From NCBI GenBank assembly GCA_964016885.1, contig CAXHJY010001747.1:124001-188000 (forward strand): DNA of 64,000 nt, given 5' to 3'. The translations under genes were made by a program, and so were the position numbers. Source of the DNA: Eledone cirrhosa (Eukaryota). Shown here piece after piece: positions 41,000-56,400 of this stretch. Below the pieces are notes generated by a model, which was not told where the DNA came from, did no database searches, and was given only the letters and a program-made list of their open reading frames with translations. The number at the start of each line of letters is the position of its first letter. Positions within the stretch are counted from its first letter, which is position 1.

Positions 41000-42440
41000 C
41001 ATGGTTGGTATTTTATATTATCGGTTCCGGAAAAATAAAAAAGCAAAGTTGATCTCGCGACACAGAGGGCCGTAACTAAATACCGCAAAGCATTTTGTTC
41101 GACGCTCTAATGATATAACCAAATCCAAATCCAAATATTTCTAGAATAGTCAGTTATAAGGACGAAGGTTTGCGTGACGAGAAGATATAGTCGTTCTGAT
41201 TGACAAATCAAAGAAGTACTTTATTAGCACACATTTTTATCGACCTTTCAAGAATGATGCACTGAGTCGACTTCGACAGATTTGAACTCAACATTCAATC
41301 AGACATAACAAAAAGTTGTAAATATCTGGCCCGACGCTCTATCGGTTATGCCATCCAACCTCTTATGAAGCCATTTTGATAAAAAAAAAATGGAAGCTGC
41401 TTTGCATAGTAAAAAGGCTTAAAAGGCCAGATGGAGTTCTGACATATGGTGTGTCTTGGGCATTTAAAATCTGACAGGGTCACCCCCTCTACATGTCAGA
41501 ATATAGCCAATTTTCTCAAGAAAAATAAAGGAGCAAAAGAGAAAGAATAATGAAGAGTACTTTATTTTTTGATTTCGAAAGTAAAGTTGACCTTGGTGGG
41601 ATTTGAACTCAAAGCATAGCAATGCCGGATAAATACTGAAACCTTTCCAATCTAACACCCTAACGACTCTGCTAATTTGCCACCTTAGTAACTTGGATTG
41701 GCAGTATCGGTAGAGAGCCGGACGCCTTGTATTTTAGCATAGAGTTACGGACCTTTACGGTCTGAGTTCAAATCCCATCGAGGTCAACTTTGTCTTTCAT
41801 CCTTACGAGGTCGATAAAATAAAGCACCAGTAATTCACTGAGGTAATTACTAGCCTTGTGCCAAAAGTAGAAACAATTATTCTAAAAAGCATAGAGTTAC
41901 GGCCTTTACGGCCTGAGTTCAAATCCCGCCGAGGATAGCTTTGCCTTCCATCTTTACGAGGTCGATAAAATAAAGTACCAGGAATGCACTGGAGTCGATT
42001 TAATCGATTTTCCCACCCCGCCAAAAAATAGCTGCCTTTGAGCCTATTGTAGAAATTATTATTTTACAAAGTTGATGGATTGTCAGAAACGTTAGAGCGT
42101 CGAACAAAATGCCTCGAGGTATTTAGTTATAAAACTTTGTTCTGAGTTCAAATATCGCTGAGGTCACTTTGCATTTAATCCGCCTGGAATTGAGAAAATA
42201 AAGTATCAATCAAATACTCGATTACTGGCCTCGTGCTTAAATTAGAAACCATTATTTGAGTAAAGGACGGTGGATTTGCAGTATCGGTAGAGAATCGGAC
42301 ACCATGCTCTGAAGCATAGAGTTACGTCTCTTTATGATCTGAGTTCAAATCCCGCCGGGGTTAACTTTGCCTTTCATCCTTACGGGGTCGATAAAATAAA
42401 GTACCAGTAATGTACTGGGTAATTGGTAGAAACAATTAAG
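41000..42440. mobile_element. Cluster of about 7 Meta-domain-like SINE copies (three on -, four tandem on +)
   Basis: Minus copies ~41000-41120, 41215-41360, 41545-41690; plus copies ~41695, 41888, 42075, 42270. Confidence 0.8.
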
Positions 42441-42533
42441 GAGTTAATTTCATGTTTCTTCAATTAATTTGCTCAGATGAAAATGGATACCAACCACAGC
42501 AAAGGATTAACCCCGAAAGGTACTGGCGTCTCG

Positions 42534-42619
<86 letters not shown>

Positions 42620-42764
42620 CATATAACATATATACATATATGTATTTATCACTTTTTCAGTTTACAGGAGAATGCGTATATTATGTCTACATGTCTATAT
42701 ACTCCATGTGCAAATCTATATATACATCTACGTAAACTCGGTCACCTCTATTCTGTATATATAC

Positions 42765-42814
<50 letters not shown>

Positions 42815-42819
<5 letters not shown>

Positions 42820-42925
42820 GTTGAAAAGGTAACACACTAAAGAGAGATAGTGTACCACCAATAAAACAGGGAAAACCACCAGTGTATGGAGTCTATAATC
42901 TATGGAAGGCAGGGTAGACACACAC
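42815..42925 (-). mobile_element. Isolated fragment of the 23542-24330 element
   Basis: Reverse complement of ~24128-24237; (TA)n on both sides. Confidence 0.8.
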
Positions 42926-42927
42926 TA

Positions 42928-42960
<33 letters not shown>

Positions 42961-43140
42961 ACAGTTCAAGAGTAACCAATCTTAAAGAGAGAGATGGAGA
43001 TAGGAGAGGAGATAGGAGAGGAGAGATTGGTGAATTAGTTAGAAGCCAAAGCGTAAAGGCATGTGCTCAATGTGCAATATGCAGTGGTAAGCAGCTAGGT
43101 GGCTGGGTTCATGCAGAGGTTAGGTGCACAGAGCTGGAAA

Positions 43141-43569
43141 TATTCATTAGTTAAGCAAAACAAGACCACATAGGCAGATCTCACACAATGCAGCCTCGAC
43201 AGAAGAATACTGCTCGACTATGGCAGACAATTGATATACCCAGGACACCATAGTGAAATACCAATATATGGAACATTACATTTATGTAACTTTCTTTCCT
43301 TATTTTAATTTATATTCCTTTTGAAGTTCCGATGAGCTGCTCTATCTTTACCTATGTTAATTATTTTCAACTGAACCAGATCAATAATGATATATAATCA
43401 TTTGATCGAGAATTATTATATGGAGTAGCGAAACAATTGTAAACGGACATTATTATTATTAATATTATTATTCTTATTCTCTACATTACTTACATCAAAC
43501 TAAAATATGTTGACAATCTTTTAATAATGTCTTCCTTGTGAAATTTGTGGTCTTGTTTTGCTTAACTAA

Positions 43570-43575
<6 letters not shown>
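43141..43575 (+). mobile_element. Penelope-like non-coding element bounded by perfect 30-bp inverted repeats and containing a hammerhead motif
   Basis: tattcattagttaagcaaaacaagaccaca (43141-70) and its reverse complement (43546-75). Confidence 0.65.
43326..43444 (+). ncRNA. Hammerhead ribozyme variant (CCGAUGA core, long stem II, palindromic stem III)
   Basis: GTT-CCGATGA-GCTGCTCTAT...ATGGAGTAGC-GAAAC-AATT-GTA-AAC. Confidence 0.65.
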
Positions 43576-43616
<41 letters not shown>

Positions 43617-44288
43617 TTATTGTATTCTTCTGCTACTTAGAATGCAACTTAATATATATCAAAATTAACTTTAACTATCAACCTAAGCGCTAATATTATG
43701 CAAATTACGTCAACTTCAAGATACTATTGTATAAGTGATAAGGCATAGAAACCCCCCGGTTGCGTATTTCCTGTGGTTGTTTAAATGATATACATATCTT
43801 CTGACGAGAACCCAACTAGGTAAACAATCGCTTAAAGATATTTATACATTTTTTCATTTTATGTTTGACAAGTTTACATGTCTGTATATTCGATGTGTAA
43901 ATTCGATGTGAAAAAATGCTGAGGAAAACATGATTAAAAAAATATAATTTATTTGAGCAAAATGATGTCGAATTTATATGAGAGTTTTTGAAAAACAATC
44001 AAACAATTTTTAATAAATTTATGAAGAAAGGTACTAATAGTCATTTTTAAAAATCAAAATGTCTTTGTAAAACCAGGGTGCGTTTTATATGAAGGGGCGT
44101 CCAATAGACCAGTAAATACGATATATATACGATTGAGAATGCTTGCTACATACGAGCCGAAACTGCTAGGTGGCGCGGTCGGGGTTATACATTCCTTTAT
44201 ACGCACTCTGCTCCTTCCCATGTATTGAGCACTCCCCTGATTTGTGGTCTTCCTAGTTTCAGCATTGCAAACTTTCAGTATATATATA

Positions 44289-44360
44289 TGGTAACACATT
44301 GGTCCGGCAAACCAAAGATGTGGGTTCGTGTCCCATGTACGTCGATACTCATCCTTTTTT
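44289..44360 (+). other. Partial tRNA-like sequence (GGC anticodon-like arm, B box, T6 run); not a full tRNA
   Basis: TGGTAA, TTGGT-CCGGCAA-ACCAA, GGGTTCGTGTCCC, CCTTTTTT; no acceptor stem. Confidence 0.4.
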
Positions 44361-44423
44361 CCATTCAGAGTTTAACCCCCCCCCCCCCAACTAACAGAGT
44401 AATTCTATTTAGTCAAATACGGC

Positions 44424-44518
<95 letters not shown>

Positions 44519-44689
44519 GGAGCAAGCTTTGTTTAGAAACGGCTAGCGAATTTGAAAATTAGGTAGTAACATGTGCTTTTATATATATATGTATGTATAT
44601 ATGCATGTATACATACATACATATATGTGTATCTGTGTATGCGTGTGCGTGTGTGTGCATGCGTGCATTTACGTTTACTATTTGTATAT

Positions 44690-44846
44690 GTCCCGTAACC
44701 TAGCGGTTCGAGAAAAAAGATCTATAAAATATATATTAGGCTTGAAAAAATAAGTACCCGGGTTGATGTGATTGACTAAATCACTTCAAGGTGGTGCCCT
44801 AGCATGGTCAAACTCTAATGAAATCAGTGAAAGAATAAAAGAATAA
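44690..44846 (+). mobile_element. Probable 3' half of a SINE with AAGAATAA tail
   Basis: tagcggttcg...aataagtacccgggttgat...ggtggtgccctagcatgg...aaagaataaaagaata; family recognised from memory only. Confidence 0.45.
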
Positions 44847-45023
44847 CGTGCTCATCATGTGGTATATTTTTATGAACCACCAAACTAGACTTTCTGGTCA
44901 TTAGTTTATATCATGTATCTGTCTGTTTGTCGACCTGCTTTCCTGTCAGCCTGACTGGTTGTCTGTCTTCCTGTTAGTCTATCTATCTATATAAATAGAT
45001 ATACATATATATTTACATACATA

Positions 45024-45134
<111 letters not shown>

Positions 45135-45989
45135 TTGTGTGTGTGTCCATCTATCTGTCTATATATCTATGCTTCTGTATCCATCTATGAATGTCCATCT
45201 CCCTAGACGTCTATATATCTTTCTGTGACTCCCATTTCTCTGTCTATCTATGTATGTTTGAATACATGTATCTATCATTCCGTTTTGTTAGTTCTTCTAC
45301 GCATGTCTTTATATCTATAGATTTAATTATTTACCTATCTATCTATTTATATATAAAACGCATTCAAATACCACCCACACCCACCCATTCCACTCCCAGC
45401 AAAAAGAAAATCGTTAACACACAAAACATAAATACACAGAATTCATATTAAAATCAAACCTTGTTAGGTAAACTACAAAAAGAAAGTAAGAAAAATAAAA
45501 ATAGAAAAAAAGCAGAAAACAAAGACACGTAAAAATCACACCAAAAATAAACGAAATTTACAGATAAACGAACAAATAAAAGAATAATAAAAACGGTAAC
45601 AAAACAAAACCTCAACTAGAATATAATATATAGAAGGAAGTGAAGAAAAAGGAATTATGCTAAAAGCAAGGGAAATAAACAAAGAATAAGGAGTAAGAAT
45701 AATAATAACAGCAATTGTGGTGAGTGTGGTGGCTTACCCAATTAACACATGTAGAATGGAATGAATGAAACGAAAGAATGGAAAGTCGACTTTACCGAAC
45801 GCCATATGTTTCACTATAAAATGGCGGCTATTAAAAAGCTGGCAATGTAATCATGAAAGAATAACAGCGATAACAATGCAGGAGAGCGCAGGCAAGGGAG
45901 ATAAGCAAACAAAGTCACTCTTCGTTGAACAATGTGTTTGTTATTGTGTATGCGCGTGTTTCTGTCTGTCTGTCTGAATAGTGAATAGT

Positions 45990-46064
<75 letters not shown>

Positions 46065-47109
46065 TATGGGCGGGTGATTTTTGCCGGTATATGTGTATAT
46101 AGCGTCTTTCTTTCTCTGTAACTGTGAATGTGTGTGTATGTGCGCGTGTGTGGGTGCGCGTGTGTATATATAATATATGTGCATGTTGCAATGCAATATA
46201 AGACGTAACGTGTGTAGGTGTGAAAAAGTGTTTGTGAATGTCTGTATGTATATGTAGTATGTGTGTGTGTGATTGTGAGTGGAGGGGAGCGTATTTGGGT
46301 GTGTGTGTGGAAGTCATTGGATATGTAAGATACATGCGTAGTATGTTTGCATATGTGTGTGCATGTGTGTGTTTATGTGTTTGTATAAGAGGTACACGTA
46401 TGCGTGTAGGAAATATGTACGCACGTGTGTGTGTGCATCTGTCCATAAGTATGCATGTGTGTATCATAGGTGCAACTGTGTAAAGTACCCACGCATGTGG
46501 GTATACTAGGGATGGATGGACTTTGTGCATGGTTTGGAAAAGGCATGTGAAAATGTGTAGTAATACATGTATGAGTATAAGTGTGTTTGTGTGTTGGTGT
46601 GTGTAGGCGTGAGAACTATGTATGTATGTATGTTTGTTTGTATGTATATTTGTTTGTATTTGTTTGTATATTTGTTTGTATGCATATACGTACATACACA
46701 CACACACATATATATATATATGCATACACACACAAACATTCACACACACACACACACATATATATAAATGAAAATATAGAAATTAATGTGAGCAATATAT
46801 ATACATATACACATGCATATGCATATACAGCTATATAAAGGTAAAAATAATATATATTCATATACGTATACTCTTCTCTCTTCTACACGCCCAAGAGTAC
46901 CCAGGCACACACATACCTCAATGTGTGTATGTATGTATGTATGTATGTATGTATGTATGTATGTATGTATGTATGTATGTATGGATGGATGGATGGATGG
47001 ATGGATGTATGGATGGATGCATGGATGTATGTATGTATATATGTATGAATGTATGTGTGAATGTATGTATATATATGTATATGTATATGTGTTATTTCTG
47101 TTCACCTTT

Positions 47110-47215
<106 letters not shown>

Positions 47216-47499
47216 CATGTGTGTGTATGTATCTGTATATGTGCTTACGCTATTTTGGTTGGTATTTAAAGAAAGAGAGAGAGAGGAAGAGGGGGTGAAG
47301 AGATATACAATGAGAAGAGCGCGTTAACATTGGACTGTAGCAGTGACTAATAGTAGCAAGTGGGTGGTGGTGGGGTAGTGTACTGTAAAGTAATAGGTGT
47401 GAAGTAACGGCTGGGGTGTTGGGTACTGCAGGGGGGATGGTGCTGCAGTGGTATAGTCTGTTGAATTGTATAGTATGTTTGGTAGGATGGTATTGTAGA

Positions 47500-50400
47500 G
47501 GGCTATAGTATTGTGGATGGTATTGTCGTGCTGTATAGTACAGTGGATGGTATTGTAGCGCTGTATAGTACAGTGGAAGGTACTGTAGTGCTGTATAGTA
47601 CAGTGGATGGTATTGTAGTGCTGTATAGTACAGTGGAAGGTACTGTAGTGCTGTATAGTACAGTGGATGGTATTGTAGTGCTGTATAGTACAGTGGATGG
47701 TATTGTAGTGCTGTATAGTACAGTGATGGTACTGTAGTGCTGTATAGTACAGTGGATGGTATTGTAGTGCTGTATAGTACAGTGGATGGTATTGTAGTGT
47801 TGTATAGTACAGTGGATGGTATTGTAGTGCTGTATAGTACAGTGATGGTACTGTAGTGCTGTATAGTACAGCGGATGGTATTGTAGCGCTGTATAGTACA
47901 GTGGATGGTATTGTAGTGCTGTATAGTACAGTGATGGTACTGTAGTGCTGTATAGTACAGTGGATGGTATTGTAGTGCTGTATAGTACAGTGGATGGTAT
48001 TGTAGTGTTGTATAGTACAGTGGATGGTATTGTAGTGTTGTATAGTACAGTGGATGGTATTGTAGTGTTGTATAGTACAGTGGATGGTATTGTAGTGTTG
48101 TATAGTACAGTGGATGGTATTGTAGTGTTGTATAGTACAGTGGATGGTATTGTAGTGCTGTATAGTACAGTGGATGGTATTGTAGTGCTGTATAGTACAG
48201 TGGATGGTATCGTAGTGTTGTATAGTACAGTGGATGGTATTGTAGTGTTGTATAGTACAGTGGATGGTATTGTAGTGTTGTATAGTACAGTGGATGGTAT
48301 TGTAGTGTTGTATAGTACAGTGGATGGTATTGTAGTCTTGTATAGTACAGTGAATGGTATTGTAGTGCTGTATAGTACAGTGGATGGTATTGTAGCGCTG
48401 TATAGTACAGTGGATGGTATTGTAGTGCTGTATAGTACAGTGGATGGTATTGTAGTGCTGTATAGTACAGTGGATGGTATCGTAGTGCTGTATAGTACAG
48501 TGGATGGTATTGTAGTGTTGTATAGTACAGTGGATGGTATTGTAGTGTTGTATAGTACAGTGGATGGTATTGTAGTCTTGTATAGTACAGTGGATGGTAT
48601 TGTAGTCTTGTATAGTACAGTGGATGGTATTGTAGTGCTGTATAGTACAGTGGATGGTATTGTAGTGCTGTATAGTACAGTGGGTGGTATTGTAGTGCTG
48701 TATAGTACAGTGGATGGTATTGTAGCGCTGTATAGTACAGTGGATGGTATCGTAGTGTTGTATAGTACAGTGGATGGTACTGTAGTGCTGTACAGTATAG
48801 TGAAGGTATTGTAGTGCTGTATAGTACAGTGGATGGTACTGTAGTGCTGTATGATAAGTCGATGGTATTGTAGTGTTGTATAGTACAGTGGATGGTATTG
48901 TAGTGCTGTATAGTACAGTGGATGGTATTGTAGTGCTGTATAGTACAGTGGATGGTATTGTAGTGCTGTATAGTACAGTGGATGGTATTGTAGCGCTGTA
49001 TAGTACAGTGGATGGTATCGTAGTGTTGTATAGTACAGTGGATGGTACTGTAGTGCTGTACAGTATAGTGAAGGTATTGTAGTGCTGTATAGTACAGTGG
49101 ATGGTACTGTAGTGCTGTATGATAAGTGGATGGTATTGTAGTGTTGTATAGTACAGTGGATGGTATTGTAGTGCTGTATAGTACAGTGGATGGTATTGTA
49201 GTGTCGTATAGTACAGTGGATGGTAATGTAGTGCTGTATGATAAGTGGATGGTATTGTAGTGTTGTATAGTACAGTGGATGGTATTGTAGTGCTGTATAG
49301 TACAGTGGATGGTATTGTAGTGTTGTATAGTACAGTGGATGGTATTGTAGTGCTGTATAGTACAGTGGATGGTATTGTAGTGTTGTATAGTACAGTGGAT
49401 GGTATGGTAGTGCTGTATATACAGTGGATGGTATTGTAGTGCTGTATAGTACAGTGGATGGTATTGTAGTGTTGCATAGTTCAGTGGATGGTATTGTAGT
49501 GCTGTATATACAGTGGATGGTAGTGTAGTGTTGTATAGTACAGTGGATGGTAGTGTAGTGTTGTATAGTACAGTGGATGGTATTTTAGTGCTGTATAGTA
49601 CAGTGGATGGTATTGTGGTGCTGTATAGTACAGTGATGGTACTGTAGTGCTGTATAGTACAGTGGATGGTAGTGTAGTGTTGTATAGTACAGTGGATGGT
49701 ATTTTAGTGCTGTATACTACAGTGGATGGTATTGTGGTGCTGTATAGTACAGTGATGGTACTGTAGTGCTGTATAGTACAGTGATGGTACTGTAGTGCTG
49801 TATAGTACAGTGATGGTACTGTAGTGCTGTATAGTACAGTGGATGGTATTGTAGTGCTGTATAGTACAGTGATGGTACTGTAGTGCTGTAGAATACAGTC
49901 GATGGTAGAGTAGGGCTGTATAGTACAGTGGCTGGTACAGTAGTGCTGTATAGTACAGTGGATGGTACTGTAGTGCTGTATAGTACAGTGGACGGTACTG
50001 TAGTGCTGTATAGTACAGTGGATGGTATTGTAGTGCTGTATAGTACAGTGGATGGTACTGTAGTGCTGTATAGTACAGTGGATGGTATTGTAGTGCTGTA
50101 TAGTACAGTGGATGGTACAGTATTGCTGTATAGTACAGTGGATGGTACTGTAGTGCTGTATAGTACAGTGGACGGTACTGCAGTGCTGTATAGTACAGTG
50201 GAAGGTACTGTAGTGTTGTATAGTACAGTGATGGTATTGTAGTGTGTATAGTACAGTGGATGGTATTGTAGTGCTGTATAGTAGAGCGGATGGTACTGTA
50301 GTGCTGTATAGTAGAGCGGATGGTACTGTAGTGCTGTATAGTACAGTGGACGGTACTGTAGTGTTGTATAGTACAGTGATGGTACTGTAGTGCTGTATAG

Positions 50401-53400
50401 TAGAGTGGATGGTACGGTAGTGTTGTATACAACAGTGGATGGTGTTGTAGTGTTGTATAATACAGTGGATGGTACTATAGTGCTGTATAGTACAGTGGGT
50501 GGTACTGTACTGCTGTATAGTACAGTGATGGTACTGTAGTGCTGTATAGTACAGCGGATGGTATTGTAGCGCTGTATAGTACAGTGGATGGTATTGTAGT
50601 GCTGTATAGTACAGTGATGGTACTGTAGTGCTGTATAGTACAGTGGATGGTATTGTAGTGCTGTATAGTACAGTGGATGGTATTGTAGTGTTGTATAGTA
50701 CAGTGGATGGTATTGTAGTGTTGTATAGTACAGTGGACGGTATTGTAGTGTTGTATAGTACAGTGATGGTACTGTAGTGCTGTATAGTACAGTGATGGTA
50801 TTGTAGTGCTGTATAGTACAGTGGGCGGTACTGTAGTGCTGTATAGTACAGTGGACGGTACTGTAGTGCTTTATAGTACAGTAGATGGTACTGTAGTGTT
50901 GTATAATACAGTGGAAGGTACTGTAGTGCTGTATAGTACAGTGGACGGTACTGTAGTGCTGTATAGTACAGTGGACGGTACTCTAGTGTGGTATAGTACA
51001 GTGGACGGTATTGTAGTGTTGTATAATACAGTGGAAGGTACTGTAGTGCTGTATAGTACAGTGGATGGTACTGTAGTGCTGTATAGTACAGTAAGATGGT
51101 ATTGTAGTGCTGTATAGTACAGTGGACGGTACTCTAGTGTGGTATAGTACAGTGGACGGTATTGTAGTGTTGTATAATACAGTGGATGGTACTGTACTGC
51201 TGTATAATACAGTGGACGGTACTGTAGTGCTGTATAGTACAGTGAATGGTACTGTAGTGGTGTATAGTACAGTGGACGGTAGTGTAGTGCTGTATAGTAC
51301 AGTGGCGGTACTGAGGGCTGTATAGTACAGTGGATGGTACTGTAGTGCTTTGTAATAGAGTTAATGGTACTGTGGTGCTTTATAGTACGGTGGACGGTAC
51401 TGTAGTGCTGTATAGTACAGTGGACGATACTGAGGGCTGTATAGGACAGTGGATGGTACTGTAGTGCTGTATGGGACAGTGGATGGTACTGTATTGCTGT
51501 ATAATACAGTGGATGGTACTGTAGTGCTGTATAATACAGTGGATGGTACTGTAGTGCTGTATAGTACAGTGGATGGTACTGTAGTGCTGTATAGTACAGT
51601 GGATGGCACTGTAGTGCTGTATAGTACAGTGGGTGGTACTGTAGTGCTCTATAGTACAGTGGATGACACTGTAGCGCTGTATAGTACAGTGGATGGTACT
51701 GTAGTGCTGTATAGTACAGTGGATGGCACCGTAGTGCTGTATAGTACAGTGGATGGTACTGTAGTGCTGTATAGTACAGTGGATGGTACTGTAATTGTTG
51801 TATAGCACAGTGGATGGCACTGTAGTGCTGTATAGTCCAGTTGACAGTACTGTAGTGCTGTATAGTACAGTGGACGGTACACTAGTGCTGTATAGTACAG
51901 TGGATGGTACTGTACTGCTGTATAATACAGTGGACGGTACTGTAGTGCTGTATAGTACAGTGAATGGTACTGTAGTGGTGTATAGTACAGTGGATGGTAC
52001 TGTAGTGCTGTATAATACAGTGGACGGTAATGTAGTGCTGTATAGTACAGTGGATGGTACTGTAGTGCTGTATAGTGCAGTGGATGGTACTGTAGTGCTG
52101 TATAATACAGTGGATGGTACTGTCGTGCCGTATAGGACAGTGGATGGTACTGTATTGCTGTATAGTACAGTGGATGGTACTGTAGGGCTGTATACTACAG
52201 TGGATGGTACTGTAGTGCTGTATAGGACAGTGGATGGTACTGTAGGGCTGTATACTACAGTGGATGGTACTGTAGTTCTTTATAGTACAGTTCGATAGTA
52301 CTGTAGTGCTGTATAGTACAGTGGATGGTACTGTATTGCTGTATAATACAGTGGATGGTACTGTAGTGCTGTATAGTACAGTGGATGGTACTGTAGTGCT
52401 GTATAGTACAGTGGATGGCACTGTAGTGCTGTATAGTACAGTGGATGGTACTGTAGTGCTCTATAGTACAGTGGATGGCACTGTAGCGCTGTATAGTACA
52501 GTGGATGGTACTGTAGTGCTGTATAGTACAGTGGATGGCACCGTAGTGCTGTATAGTACAGTGGATGGTACTGTAGTGCTGTATAGTACAGTGGATGGTA
52601 CTGTAATTGTTGTATAGTACAGTGGATGGCACTGTAGTGCTGTATAGTCCATTTGACAGTACTGTAGTGCTGTATAGTACAGTGGACGGTACACTAGTGT
52701 TGTATAGTACAGTGGACGGTACTGTATTGCTGTATAATACAGTGGACGGTACTGTAGTGCTGTATAGTACAGTGGATGGCACTGTAGTGCTGTATAGTAT
52801 AGTGGATGGTACTGTAGTGTTCTTTAGTACAGTGGATTGCACTGTAGTGCTGTATAGTACAGTGGATGGTACTGTAGTGCTGTATATTACAGTTGATGGC
52901 ACCGTAGTGCTGTATAGTACAGTGGATGGTACTGTAGTGCTGTATAATACAGTGGATGGTACTGTCGTGCTGTATAGTACAGTGGATGGTACTGTAGTGC
53001 TGTATAGTACAGTGGATGGTACTGTAGTGCTGTATAGTACAGTGGATGGTACTGCAGTGCTGTATAGTACAGTGGATGGTACTGTAGTGCTGTATAATAC
53101 AGTAGATGGTACTGTAGTGCTGTATAGTACAGTGGATGGTACTGTAGTACTGTATAGTACAGTGGATAGTACTGTAGTGCTGTATAGTACAGTGGATGGT
53201 AATGTAGTGCTGTATAATACAGTGGACGGTACTGTAGAGCAGTATACTACAGTGGATGGTACTGTAGTGCTGTATAGTACAGTGGATGGTACTGCAGTGC
53301 TGTATAGTACAGTGGATGGTACTGTAGTGCTGTATAATACAGTAGATGGTACTGTAGTGCTGTATAGTACAGTGGATGGTACTGTAGTACTGTATAGTAC

Positions 53401-56400
53401 AGTGGATAGTACTGTAGTGCTGTATAGTACAGTGGATGGTAATGTAGTGCTGTATAATACAGTGGACGGTACTGTAGAGCAGTATACTACAGTGGATGGT
53501 ACTGTTGTGCTGTATAGTACAGTGGATGGTACTGTAGTGCTGTATAGTACAGTGGATGGTACTGTAGTGCTGTATAGTACAGTGGATAGTACTGTAGTGC
53601 TGTATAGTACAGTGAATGGTACTGTGGTGCTTTATAGTACAGTGGACGGTACTGTAGAGCAGTATACTACAGTGGATGGTACTGTAGTGTTGTATAGTAC
53701 AGTGGATGGTACTGCAGTGCTGTATAGTACAGTGGATGGTACTGTAGTGCTGTATAATATAGTAGATGGTACTGTAGTGATGTATAGTGCAGTGGATGGC
53801 ACCGTAGTGCTGTATAGTACAGTGGATGGTACTGTAGTGCTGTATAATACAGTGGATGGTACTGTCGTGCTGTATAGTACAGTGGACGGTACTGTAGTGC
53901 TGTATAGTACAGTGGATGGTACTGTAGTGCTGTATAGTACAATGGATGGTACTGTAGTGCTGTATAGTACAGTGGATGGTACTGCAGTGCTGTATAGTAC
54001 AGTGGATGGTACTGTAATGCTGTATAGTACAGTGGATGGTAATGTAGTGCTGTATAATACAGTGGACGGTACTGTAGTGCAGTATACTACAGTGGATGGA
54101 ACTGTATTGCTGCATAGTACAGTGGATGGCACTGTAGTGCTGTATAGTACAGTGGATGGTACTGTAGTGCTGTATAGTACAGTGAATGGTACTGTAGTGG
54201 TGTATAATACAGTCGACGGTAGTGTAGTGCTGTATAGTACAGTGGCGGTACTGAGGGCTGTGTCGTACAGTGGATGGTACTGTAGTGCTTTGTAATACAG
54301 TTAATGTTACTGTGGTGCTTTATAGTACAGTGGACGGTACTGTAGTGCTGTATAGTACAGTGGACGATACTGAGGGCTGTATAGTACAGTGGATGGTACT
54401 GTAGTGCTGTATAGTACAGTGGATTATACTGTAGTGCTGGATAGTACAGTGGATGGTACTGTGGTGCTTTATAGTACAGTGGATGGTACTGTAGTGCTGT
54501 ATAGTACAGTGGATGGTAATGTAGTGCTGTATAGAACAGTGGATAGTACTGTAGTGCTGTATAGTACAGTGGATGGTAATGTAGTGCTGTATAGTACAGT
54601 GGATAGTACTGTAGTGCTGTATAGTACAGTGGATGGTAATGTAGTGCTGTATAGAACAGTGGATAGTACTGTATTGCTGTATAATACAATGGATGGTAAT
54701 GTAGTGCTGTATAATACAGTGGATGGTACTGTAGTGCTGTATAGTACAGTGGATAGTACTGTAGTGCTGTATAGTACAGTGGATGGCACTGTAGTGCTGT
54801 ATAGTACAGTGGATGGTACTGTAGTGCTGTTTAGTACAGTGGATTGCACTGTAGTGCTGTATAGTACAGTGGATGGTACTGTAGTGCTGTATAGTACAGT
54901 GGATGGCACTGTAGTGCTGTATAGTACAGTGGACGGTACTGTAGTGCTGTATAGTACAGTGGACGGTACACTAGTGCTGTATAGTACAGTGGACGGTACT
55001 ATAGTGCTGTATAATACAGTGGATGGTACTGTATTGCTTTAAAATACAGTGGACGGTACTGTAGTGCTGTATAGTACAGTGAATGGTACTGTAGTGGTGT
55101 ATAGTACAGTGGGCGGTAGTGTAGTGCTGTATAGTACAGTGGCGGTACTGAGGGCTGTATAGTACAGTGGATGGTACTGTAGTGCTTTGTAATACAGTTA
55201 ATGGTACTGTGGTGCTTTATAGTACAGTGGACGGTACTGTAGTGCTGTATAGTACAGTGGACGATACTGAGGGCTGTATAGTACAGTGCATGGTACTGTA
55301 GTGCTTTATAGTACAGTGGATGGTACTGTAGTGCTGTATAGTACAGTGGATTATACTGTAATGCTGGATAGTACAGTGGATGGTACTGTGGTGCTTTATA
55401 GTACAGTGGATGGTACTGTAGTGCTGTATAGTACAGTGGATGGTAATGTAGTGCTGTATAGTACAGTGGATAGTACTCTAGTGCTGTATAGTACAGTGGA
55501 TGGTACTGTATTGCTGTATAATACAGTGGATGGTAATGTAGTGCTGTATAATACAGTGGATGGTACTGTAGTGCTGTATAGTACAGTGGATAGTACTGTA
55601 GTGCTGTATAGTACAGTGGATGGCACTGTAGTGCTGTATAGTGCAGTGGATGGTACTGTAGTGCTCTTTAGTACAGTGGATTGCACTGTAGTGCTGTATA
55701 GTACAGTGGATGGTACTGTAGTGCTGTATAGTACAGTGGATGGTACTGTAGTGCTGTATAGTACAGTGGATGGTACTGTAGTGCTGCATAATACAGTGGA
55801 TGGTACTGTCGTGCTCTATAGTACAGTGGATGGTACTGTAGTGCTGTATAGTACAGTGGATGGTGCTGTAGTGCTGTATAGTACAGTCGATGGTACTGTA
55901 GTGCTGTATAGTACAGTGGATGGTACTGTTGTGCTGTATAGTACAGTGGATGGTACTGTAGTGCTGTATAGTACAGTGGATGGTACTGTAGTGCTGTATA
56001 GTACAGTGGATTGCACTGTAGTGCTGTATAGTACAGTGGATGGTACTGTAGTGCCGTATAGTACAGTGGATGGCACCGTAGTGCTGTATAGTACAGTGGA
56101 TGGTACTGTAGTGCTGTATAGTACAGTGGATGGTACTGTAGTGCTGTATAGTACAGTGGATGGTACTGTAGTGCTGTATAGTACAGTGGATGGTACTGTA
56201 GTGCTGTATAGTACAGTGGATGGTACTGTAGTGTTGTATAGTACAGTGTATGGCACTGCAGTGCTGTATAGTACAGTGGATGGTACTGTAGTGCTGTATA
56301 GTACAGTGGCGGTACTGAGGGCTGTATAGTACAGTGGATGGTACTGTAGTGCTTTATAGTACAGTGGATTATACTGTATTGATGGATTGTACAATGGATG

